Part shown: positions 52,811 to 64,000 of the stretch, in pieces
Layout of the letters: every line of letters begins with the position of its first letter
How positions within the stretch are numbered: position 1 is the stretch's first letter
DNA from: Octopus sinensis
Lineage: Eukaryota
NCBI RefSeq assembly: GCF_006345805.1
Contig: NC_042998.1
Coordinates: forward strand, 5,022,001 to 5,086,000
DNA: 64,000 bases
Reading direction: 5' to 3'
The notes under the pieces: generated by a model
What the model saw: the letters and a program-made list of their open reading frames with translations, nothing else
Database searches by the model: none
Told to the model about the DNA's origin: nothing
Made by a program: the position numbers and the translations under genes

Positions 52811-53584
52811 CAAACTAAATTTGATATGAGAAAATTACTACTTCCTGAAAAAACACAGTTAAGTGCATTTCTTCGGGTTTAATCGCGCTACTTTGAAAGT
52901 ATTATCGAGAATTCTGATAATTTTTGTCTTATTTGGAGTTTCATTTTAATTTATTGAACACTTTTCTGGCTACTACATTATATATGCAAGATCACGTTAA
53001 GCAACATGCTCATTATAGACTAGTCAGTTCTGGAAAATGTTCCCATTATATTAAACTAGATTATCAGTGAATAGTGTTCTATCAAAATCTCTATCTTCCC
53101 AATCACTCCGAGCTCTGCTACGTACGAGAAAGCGTATACTCTGTTGGGGATCTAATGTGACCACAACACGCCGAAAGTTATCGAATTCATGTTCCAATTC
53201 TACTTTTAAAGCATTATGATTTCGCCGTTATCTCCCTCGCCTTTCGTAACCAGATGATCTTAGAAAGCTAACGACTTTCTCTCTATTACGTGTTCTAATT
53301 TTAGTGGAAGAAATATTTATTAGGATCATTACATTAATTATAACAAAAGTCATTTAATTTAATTACCTATATATTTTATTACTATTCTGAAATTTGCCTC
53401 AGCTCTAATAATTCTGTAACAATTAATGCATCATCATTTTAAGGACATACAAAAATCGTAGAAAAAGCGTATAAAAATATGTCAATATTAAACTCACAAG
53501 TAAAGGTTTTAGAAATGCGATATTTTTTTCTCCTAGGACGGATTATATGAATATATTAACACTTGTATTTTATAGGCATTCAAG

Positions 53585-53647
<63 letters not shown>

Positions 53648-55253
53648 AATTTTACATTATCAAGTTTCCCAGTTTTAAAAGAAAAATTATCTTCCAAAAT
53701 CTAAAGCTGAATACTTTATTTCTTCCCTTTTATAGGCTCCTTGAAGAATACATTAAGTGACAAGAAAATGGGCCAAAGGAAAAGATTAGCTGTTTTAAAA
53801 AATAAATAAAGGTTAGTCACATAAAGCTTTGGCTATAAATAGTTGAGTCACATCGACACAAAATGCTTGTTTTATTGCATATTTACGTCACTGCTACGAG
53901 ATTATATTCAAACTTAATCACAGACTATTTTTTGACACAGTACATGACAATACCATTTACAGCGCAGTTTTCTAGGGAGGAAATTAGATATATAGAAAAT
54001 TGTCAAGAATTTCATGATATCTCTATGCGAAATCGATGTTTTCTTTATTTGTTCATAATGTTTTTCTCGTTTTTACAAACGTAGTTTGCTATTTTTATTT
54101 CTTCAATCTATTTTGAAACTACAAAAACGAAATTCATGACATGAAGCAAATCTTACAGACTTCAACATTCTAATAATCGTGATACTTGATTCTGCTCTTT
54201 GTTCAAAATATTGATATTTAACTTGGTTTTGAATGTTGAAAAGTTAAGTATTTCTACTCGTTTTCTAGCAATTAGAATTGAAGGAAAAATATCAAAAACT
54301 TTGGGGGTAAAATATCAATAAATTTAAGTTCGACGTAGGATTCTTATGTAAATGGAGTGGAAAATGAGAAATAAAGCAAATGTATATATTTAATTACATG
54401 CTTTTGTTTAATTCGTTTAATCTAATCTAAAATAAAGCCTCCAGATAATTATTTCAGTTTGAATATACGTTTATATTCTAATAAAAGTTTCCTTAAATAT
54501 AGACATTCCAAACGTTGTTGATTGTAAAAACAAACGTACAAGTATTATATCTTTAAATAGCTACTGGAATACTGCTATGAAAAGTAAAGGCACCAGTAAA
54601 TACACGAACATATCAGGAAAGAATATTAAGCTATAACTGAATTACGATAGACACAGATTGTATATACTAGGTCCTATGAAGTGGTAATTGATTAGCTGAG
54701 TTGCTGATTTTTACGGATGTAAATTTAGATTCAAGGAAATCCGTGAACAACCGAATATATCATGCTACATACACCGATAACTGTTTATACTAGATACATT
54801 TGTCTTTTAGATATTATCCAGCTATTTACAACTAATATATATCTTTAATAAAAACAATCTTTAATGCTATTGAATTATTTGAGTAATTTTAAGATCAAAA
54901 GATTTGAATTAGTGAGTGGAATGAGGCCATCTATGTTTTAGGGTGACTTTCTTGAAATAAAGACACTCATGAATGTCGATTTTTTAAAATATGAAATAAT
55001 TAGGGTGTATATTTCCGTATAATGGATTGATACGGAGTCATTTTTGCATGGGACGTTGCAGTGAATGCCCATATTTATATAGGGAGTCAATATCTAATAC
55101 GAGCTTTGGATATAAGCAAGTTGTACACTATCAAAATTAGTGGAGGTTGGTTAATGAGAACTGCCACGAAGAAAAAAATGAGCCGATCTTTAAACTTTAC
55201 AGAAGAAAATGGAGTAGATTGTTGCTAAATTGTAAAAATGATTTACACTACAT

Positions 55254-55590
55254 AAGCGCAGGAGTGACTGCGTGGTAAGAAGTTTGCTTCCCAACCACAT
55301 GGTTCCGGGTTCAGTCCCACTGCTTAGCACCTTGGACAAGTGTCTTTTATTATAGAATTGGGGCGACCAAGGCCTTGTGAATGGATTTGGTAGAGGGAAA
55401 CTGAAAGACATCCGTCGACTATATATATATAGATAGATGTGTGAGAGTGTGTTCCTCGCCCACCTCCATTTAACAATACTGTTAGTGCGCTCATGTTCCC
55501 GTGACGTAACGGTTTGGCAAAAACGTCCGATAGAATATGTACCAGGCTTAAAAATTCAAAAGTTCTAAGGTCGATATATTCGACTAAAAT
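55254..55590 (+). mobile_element. SINE family A (older)
   Basis: Homology to the other A copies. Confidence 0.85.
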
Positions 55591-55771
55591 TCTCCATATT
55601 TAGATTGCTAATATTGTCAAGGTAGGTAAGTATGTTAGTGCGTCTGCTTGGTCAAAATATCTTGGATGATTCATGATAAGTGAGTGTCTTAAGAGTTACT
55701 AAGAGATGCAATAAAAACTACCACAATACATGTGTTAAAAATTGTGCCAAGTTATCCGTATTTTCACATTA

Positions 55772-56177
55772 GGCTGTGTGGTAAGTAGATTGTTTACCAG
55801 CCACATGATTCCGGGTTCAGTCCCACTGCGTGGCACCTTGAGTAAGTGTCTTCTACTATAGCCTCGGGTCGACCAAAGCCTTGTGAGTGGATTTCGTAGA
55901 CGGAAACTGAAAGAAGCCTGTCGTATGTATGTATATATATATATATGCGTGTATATGTTTGTGTGTCTGTGTTTGTCCCTCTAGCATTGCTTGACAACCG
56001 ATGCTGGTGTGTTTATGTCCCCGTTACTTAGCGGTTCGGCAATAGAGACCGATAGAATAAGTACTGGGCTTACAAAAGAATAAGTCCCGGGGTCGAGTTG
56101 CTCGACTAAAGGCGGTGCCCCAGCATGGCCGCAGTCAAATGACTGAAACAAGTAAAAGAGTAAAGAGTAAAGAGTAA
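55772..56177 (+). mobile_element. SINE family A
   Basis: Near full length, (AAAGAGT)n tail. Confidence 0.93.
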
Positions 56178-57096
56178 ACCACGAAATAAAAAACGAAAAT
56201 ACCTTTAGTCTGAGGACAATTATGAGATGAGATTCAAATTCGATATAAAACAGTTCTCTAACTCTATGTTAATGACCCGCCTTTAGAAACGTTATTCATC
56301 TTGTCTCGTTCTCCAAAAAAGGAATTGTAAATATATATCGAGGGCTTATATACCCCCATATTAGATTAAGTTCTTGAGTCAAGACACAGTGATACTTAAC
56401 AGCTTTAAGCTTATAAAATATTATTATTATTTACATAATTGTCACTCGTTACCTCTTCTCAAATCATCACAGAAGACGCGCATGTCTCTTTGTTTTAAAA
56501 AAATAACATTATGAAATTATAGTTCTTAAATCTAACAGGACGAACTGAATGGGTATGTTGGTGTAGTGGTAGTACACTTATGATTGATGTATAGCGATAA
56601 GAGAGCGTTTCCTATGCGTACGGAAGAACCATTTTATTCCGTTGAGGTCTTTCCTTTAGTTAATACATGGTGATCGCTTATAAGCTTTAAGCTTATAAAA
56701 CATTATTTACTGAATATATTACTACTGGAATCTTTACACCATTCCTAGTAAAACAGATTTTATTAATATAAATCCATACGAGCACACAAGTAGTTAAATG
56801 TTCCGGAATCCCATGTTTTTTTCCTTAGATAATCCATCAGTTGTCAAATGATGAAGGTAAATAATAGATATTTCAAATCGGGCGTATCTGTCTTAATTGA
56901 TGTGATCAGAATCTACTACTAAAAGATATTAGCCAAGTCTGATTGAGAGAAATTTTGCTTTTCATTCGTTCTTGATCAATAAATGAAGGAACATTCCAAA
57001 GAAGTAGAATGCTAGACGTGTTAAAGATCCATACACAGTCCCTTGCAGAATCTGTTTAAAATCTTTGTGTTCTCAGTTCAAATACTTCAACTTAGA

Positions 57097-57262
57097 AGTG
57101 TGTCTTTGTGTCTGTGTTTGTCCCCCATCACTGCTTGACAACCAGGGGGGAGTTATTCGGCCCTGGTTGACAACTGGGGGCGATTCATTCGGCTAAAAAC
57201 TCAAGGCTGTAGCCCAGCATGACCGTAGTCATAGTAAGGGGAACAATTAACAGATAAAAGAC
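57097..57262 (+). mobile_element. SINE family A 3' fragment, rearranged
   Basis: TGTGTTTGTCCCC...GCTTGACAACC with a short internal duplication. Confidence 0.6.
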
Positions 57263-57331
57263 ATGTATATATATATATATATATATTTGTAAAAAAGAAG
57301 TTTGAAAACGCCACTATATTAGATAAATTTT

Positions 57332-57380
57332 AATTTTACATGTTTCGGTTCTTGAAAAAACGAACCTTAGCACAAAAATT
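57332..57380 (-). ncRNA. Decayed hammerhead-like motif between (TA)n tracts
   Basis: Reverse complement AATTT-ttgtgcta-A-GGTTC(gttttttcaa)GAACC-GAAA-CATG-TA-AAATT; the 5' core strand is degenerate. Confidence 0.5.
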
Positions 57381-60300
57381 TATATATATATATATATATA
57401 TAATTATATATATATATATATATATATAATTATATATATATATAAGCTTTTAAACAAAATGTTAGCACTTGAAGATAATTGGCTAACATTTTCGTTCTAA
57501 AACAAATTGTTTGTATATTTTAAAAAATTAAGTGTTTTTACTCGTTACAGTTATAAATACAGAGAAACAACACTAATACGTGTATATGTGCATGCGCCTG
57601 TGTATGTGCGTGAAGATGTTAGCTGGGATAACTATACCAAATATTCGTTGTAAATATGGTGCATCTAACTGATGAACATTGCAGTTTAAACAGTTTATTT
57701 GCTCTAAATACTGTACCATTTTGTCGGCGAGACGTTTTATAAAGTTGCGTACAGAGTTTTATGAAGAAGATCGAAATTGTGAAGCTTCTTATAGATATCC
57801 ATCGTTTATCCTTAAGGGCAAATATATCACGAAAGACAGGAGAATTTAAAATTGTACGTATGGAAAATGTATGATAGGATTGTTTCGATAGATTTTATAT
57901 ACTAAGAAGTTAGAAAGAGCTATTTAAAATACTTTGAAGTATATTTTTAGATTCCATTTAAAGGCAAGTGTAGTAGAAATTTCTTTTAATGTTTAGATCA
58001 AAAGTTGCGCGCAAATGGTTCTAATTACACGAGAGATAGCTATATTGAATAGCCTTATATTCGTTTATAATACATAGACTTTCAAAGAAAAGTTTCATGC
58101 TGATGTGGCTATTAAAAGTCAAATTACTTGTCTCCATGAAATAGATACATCATATTCTGAAATCCGCAAGATACCGAAGAAGAAGAAATTTCCTATTTCT
58201 TTGCTAAGTATTAAGAGAGTAGCTGGACACTTCTAACAGAGTGGTTCTACAGCAAAGAGACATGATCTAATCATACTAAATGTACAACTTGTTGCAGACT
58301 AGATTACCTGACTCTTTACAAAATAAAGACAACCTTGTATCAAGTGTTGATAAATTTTAGAACTACTGAAAGGAAACTTGTTTCTTCAGAAACCATTAAA
58401 CAATAGTTAAAATGTCTTACTTTGCCTGTAACTCATATGCTAGGATGTTTCAGTTAGTCGTGAAAGTAATTATACACCAATTGCACTTTGTAAACTGCGA
58501 TTCAATTTGGCTTTAAAAAGTTCTCTGAAGTGATGAATCAATTATTCGGCTTTTAATGGTAACTTAAAATGTTGCAAATGCCGAGCTAGTGAAAGATTCT
58601 ATCGTGGGTGTATTTCAATATGAATGGGGAAGTATAGAAAAGATGAAATCATAGTACAGTACACATTTTCATTTGCAATTGTTGGTGGATTTATATGACG
58701 TGCACCATCAATTACTGGCTTCAAGTACTTGAGTCCAAAAGAGACGGTAATACTATCCAAGCTGCAAATATGATTTTATGGAGAAATAACGTAGAAGTTA
58801 TTTTCGGCTACGAAATGTATATAATGCGCCAGTACATTTTGCAAAAGCTCAAAAGAAAAAACAAATCCACAGAGAAAAACACACTGAACATTATATTCTG
58901 GCCGGGTGAGTATATATATATTTGAATCCTGTTTGACAATAAGTCGGTGGGAGAAAATTTTCAAATTGTGAAATACAAATATAAAAAGTATTGATGTTTT
59001 CTAGTGCGAAATATTATCTAGGAAAGTGCGTGAAGACTGGGTAAATGAAAACAAAGCTTCTGAAAACGGAATTCCATGTAAACGCGAAAATAATTTCTAA
59101 AGGTTCTCAGGTTTTCATTCAATTTTAGAATTCCATAAAAGTGTTTATTACAAAGAGATTTTAAAATGTCACAGGACACGTTTTTTGCTGAGGAAACGCT
59201 GCATGCATGTATGTATTTATTTATGCACTTGTATACAAACACGATATGTGTGTGCGCGTGCGAACGTGCGTGGGTGAGTGTTGTGTATGCGTGAGTGAAT
59301 ATGTCTGCGAGTGTACTACGTATAATCTTCGGCTATGAATGCGGTGATCGTGATAACTTATCGACATCCTACACCCGTGCATTCCATCCCGCGATATTCA
59401 CCACTTCATAGTGGCTCCACGTTTCAGTTCCCAATTCACAGATTACACATACTATCCAGTGGATCAACTCATCCATGTAGAGTAGACATAACAAGTAATA
59501 TACTAGTGCATTGATATAACTATTTCATATGCATACACACACACTCGCAAATAGAGAAACTGTCACACAAATCCTCTTATTTTCAACCGAAAACTATAAC
59601 TCCAACCTATCACCCCTTCACACATCATCTGCACCATAATTCACCATGGAAAAACACTGCACGTAGGAACCTTTATTGCACTTCACATAAACCCTACACA
59701 TCCATGCACACCCTCAAACAACACTACTCCTCTCATTTAACCCCAGTCGCTAATTTTCTGCCCCTTTATAATTCTACACTTCCTTTTTTCTCTTTTCCAC
59801 TTCCTCTTCGTCACTTTCATACTCTCTTTACTCCACCATCCTTCTTTCTACATTTAGCATCACACGACCCAGCTCTTGGTCTACCTGAGATCTGTTCTGC
59901 GGTCAGACTATCATTTCTGGTATCATACAATTTTTTCTATATCCTGTAATTCAATTATTCTTTCTATTCAGTTTTATTTTCTTTCATAAGGTGAAATTTT
60001 GTTTTCGCATTTAAAGCTTAAATGTATGTATATGTGTGTGTGTGTGTACGTGTCCGTGCGTGCGTAAGGTGTGTGTGTGTAAATAAGAATGTCATAAAAA
60101 CGGAATAAACTTCAAAATGAATAAAGATTGAAACTAAAGCAAAATACTACACTTGCTGTCAAACAATAGAACCATCGAAACTGCATCATTCTTATTCAAA
60201 ATACATATGACACCACACAAGCAAAGAAAAGCGAAGGGAAGCAAAGCCGGCAGCACATATTCACACAAAAGATTACTTGTCACAAACGAATGGATGCGTC

Positions 60301-60869
60301 ACAACAGAACCCACCATTTGCAAAAACACAAGACTCTACGAAAACAATAGGGATACATAGAACAACACGTAGAATAAATACATCTTAGAAGGACAGAAGA
60401 AATGCTTTAGAAACCACACAGCACAAACCAAACAAAGCATTGGATCAAAACAAGATCCAAGCCAAAGGAAAACGAATTAAAATCCAAAAAGTTGTTGACC
60501 GTTGAAGTTCCCATGGACGTATTCAGCAAAATATACAATCTCATATTAACAAATAGAATTATCACTCACATTGCAACAGGGGCATCCGGAATTTCGTTGA
60601 GAATATAACAGAAACAATACAGAAAATACAACTGACCAAAATTTGGCGAATATTAGTCAATTCAAATACCCGCTTAAGCTACACGCAAACATTCAACTTT
60701 ACGAACAATAAAATAACAGGACTCTGTGTGTAATTGTGGCCAATGAAACAAACTACGCGAATATCAACAGAGTGATTGATATGATTTATACAGTAAATGG
60801 TTGTATCGATGGAAACTGTTCTTGTTTTCCAAGGAATCAGATTATAATCTAAACTCCACTAAAATATTA

Positions 60870-61052
60870 GTTTTAAGCTTGGCACAAAGTTAGCAATTTC
60901 GGGGGAGGTGGGTAAATCAATTATATTGATTACAATTCTCTACTGCTACTTATATTTTATCGAACCCGGAAAGGATGAAAGGCAAAATCAGCAACGACGG
61001 AATTTGAGCTCAGAGCGAAAAGACGGACTAAATGCTGCCATCTCGCCGCCTT
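60870..61052 (-). mobile_element. SINE family B (old)
   Basis: GAAAGGATGAAAGGCAAA block; TCGCCGCCTT end. Confidence 0.78.
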
Positions 61053-61902
61053 AATCTTCACCAAAATATCAGAAAGAGAACATATGATATAAAGTTGGGA
61101 AAATATGTAAGATTTTTCTCATTTGAAATAATTGGAAGCTATATGTCGTGCGACAAACAGATAGCTAAAATATAATGTCAATAAAAAACAAGATATTCTG
61201 GAAGCAAACCCAAATCAAATCATATCAGCAAACATATGTAGGAAAGTTACTACAAAAATATCAACGTTTCTATTTCATGCAAATACTTAAAATATTAATG
61301 ACAAATAATATAGGTAAATATTGGCAGAAATAATAACGAAAAGGTGCAAAATGAAATAGAAAATGATCAAGAAAAAAGACAACAAAACGAAATGGAAGCC
61401 AACAATGTCTCGGGCGTTTGAAATCAAGTAATTTTCGGGAAAATTAATCTATATAAAAGAAGAAACGAAAGAAAAAGTAAAAGAGCGCAAATTTTACTTG
61501 GAAGAGCTCTAGGTAAAAACACGTATTAGATGCCACTCATTTGTCTTATGAAGTTCCCAGTTTATTGTACTGTAATCATCCATCAGCTAATAGACAAAAG
61601 AATAACTGGAGAATATTAAAGTTTAGCCAATATTGCAGAAAAGAAATCTATACTTAAGAAACAGCCAACAAAAGTAATCTAATTAATTTATTGTTGCGGT
61701 GTTTGAATCCAATCTTATCAAAATAGGAAGAACAAAACCGAAAACAAAAAACAGCTAAACGAAATCCATGCCCGTGCTGAATGATTATTATCAATTGGAA
61801 TGTACAGTACTTGACTCATGGCCATGAAACGGATGAAACAATTAATGAATGCGAGATCAATTTGCAATACTCACGTGTAAGATATGTTTATTATAGGTTT
61901 GC

Positions 61903-62112
61903 AGACGACAGCGTGCTGGCAGAATCGTTAGCGCATCAGACAAAATGATTAGCAGCATATCTTCCACTCCCTTATGTTCTTAGTTTAAATTCCACAGAGG
62001 TGGTCATCTATTCTTTCGGGGTTGATAAAATACGTACCAGTTAACTACTGAGCTTGATGTGATAACCTTCCCCATCTCATTTAAAATCCATGGCTTTATG
62101 CCAATATTTCAA
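61903..62112 (+). mobile_element. SINE family B (old)
   Basis: GCTGGCAGAATCGTTAGC...TTTCGGGGTTGATAAAA. Confidence 0.75.
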
Positions 62113-62466
62113 GCTTATATATCAGTGAGGAGCCCTTTACTCGATTGCCAAGTATGGCAGGAGTAACCATTAATTTTTCATCATATTAAATCCTGCCGCC
62201 ATGGGAATCAGAAAATTTCTTATATCAGGAAAGTCATAGTTGGAACGCTTTTAATCATGTACACAGTGGATCAGGGACCAAACATCAATGGCAGCATATT
62301 TAAGGCGGTGCTTCAGCATGGCCGCAGTCAAATGAGTGAAACAAATAAAAGGATAGAAGAATAAAAAATGATATATTACAGATAAACTCAGCCTCCACAT
62401 GGGAAATATTCAGGCATAAAAACAAGAACAGGAGAGAAAGTGAAAAAAAAAGGCATGATTAAAAAA

Positions 62467-62628
62467 GGCGCTGGAGTGGCTGTGTGGTAAGTAGCTTGCT
62501 AACCAACCACATGGTTTCGGGTTCAGTCCCACTGCGTGGCCTCTTCGGAAAATGTCTTCTATAGCCCCGGGCCGACCAATGACTTGTGAGTGGATTTGGT
62601 AGAGGGAAACTGAAAGAAGCCCGTCGTA

Positions 62629-62684
<56 letters not shown>

Positions 62685-62898
62685 TGTGTGTGTGTTTGTG
62701 TCTGTGTTTGTCCCCCTAGTATTGATTGACAACCGATGCTGGTGTGTTTATGTCCCCGTTACTTAGCGGTTCGGCAAAAGAGACCGATAGAATAAGTACT
62801 GGGCTTACAAAAGAATAATTCCCCGGGTCGAGTTGGCGGTGCTCCAGCATGGCCGCAGTCAACTGACTGAAACAAGTAAAAGAGTAAAGAGAGAGAGA
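62467..62898 (+). mobile_element. SINE family A, full length (plus a separate 3' fragment at 62303-62362)
   Basis: Homology to the other A copies. Confidence 0.93.
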
Positions 62899-62998
62899 GT
62901 ATTAAGGAGATGTAAATATGCACATGACCATAAAAGCTTGGAATAAATGTCAATGGAGACGGATTTAGCAAGTCATTAGCGGTCTATATACCGAAACC

Positions 62999-63380
62999 GT
63001 GGAGTCGCAATGGCCCAGCGGTTAGGGCAGCGGACTCGCGGTCATAGGATTGTGGCTTCGATTCCCAGACCGGGCGTTGTGAGTGTTTATTGAGCGAAAA
63101 CACCTAAAGCTCCACGAGGCTCCGGCAGGGGATGGTGGTGATCCCTGCTGTACTCTTTCACCACAACTTTCTCTCAATCTTACTTCCTGTTTCTGTTGTA
63201 CCTGTATTTCAAAGGGCCGGCCTTGTCACTCTCTGTGTCACGCTGAATATCCCCGAGAACTACGTTAAGGGTACACGTGTCTGTGGAGTGCTCAGCCATT
63301 TACACGTTAATTTCAAGAGCAGGCTGTTCCGTTGATTCGGATCAACCGGAACCCTCGTCGTCATAACCGACGGAGTGCTA
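62999..63380 (+). mobile_element. tRNA-derived SINE family C
   Basis: Near-identical to 7488-7870; TACCGAAAC on both flanks. Confidence 0.92.
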
Positions 63381-64000
63381 TCTAATGTACCGAAACAATT
63401 CAAACTTCGGAAACTAGTTGAAAAATTTAAATCAATGCAAACAAACAAATAAATAAAATGAAGATTATGCAGCGAGCATTGGGAGAGAATTGACCACTTT
63501 GTTTCGCGTTAACTTGTCCTTACCTATCTCAAAGTATACGCAAAGTAGATAAGTTATATTGTTTGGTCAATGCGAAGCAAAAACATTCTGTCGGATGCAG
63601 CGACCAGTAAACACTGGGCTGTGACTGCGCAAACAAAATGGAATATCAGACTAAACCATCGATACATTAAAAACTGAATATGAAAGAATTCTAATATATC
63701 TCTATAGAAATTTTGTCTGGAAAAACATTGCTCTTTAGGAGACTGAGATGTTTCTCACAAATGTATGAAGTATATGGAGCGGATAAATTTTAAAATTTGT
63801 TCTCATTTTATTTCCGCAAATATAGATAGTTCACCATAAAAAAGAACACACGTAAAACTGCAGGCAGCTTACATCTATACATTCAACACAATATAGTATT
63901 CTTAGGCACAGCATTATAACCTAGAATGTTTTGAAATTTAACTGAAAACACGACGGAAGATATTACACAAAATAACAACAGTGGAAGAAATTAAATTATA

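Overview
AT-rich animal genomic DNA, very probably Octopus (inferred from the tRNA-derived SINE families and dense TA/TACA/GATA microsatellites). I found no host protein-coding exon, so the window looks intronic or intergenic, and most of the supplied ORFs are microsatellite or SINE artefacts. It is a mosaic of four tRNA-derived SINE families, mariner remnants, MITEs, Helitron/Helentron non-autonomous elements, an RTE LINE remnant, an internally deleted L1/Tx1-like LINE and several Penelope-like element (PLE) remnants. Three signals stand out. (1) About a dozen minimal type-I hammerhead-ribozyme-like motifs, most with palindromic stem III, lie beside PLE fragments and (TA)n tracts; several carry recurrent non-canonical cores (CUGUYGA+A in a 4-copy ~170-bp family, CCGAUGA+A, and U3-A8). 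(2) One SINE subfamily shares its 3' tail with Tx1-like LINEs and appears to insert repeatedly into its own relatives at fixed positions. (3) Tx1-type 3' ends sit inside (GATA)n arrays, and one SINE has a 147-bp target duplication. All alignments and folds were done by eye, and boundaries are approximate unless a TSD or TIR fixes them.
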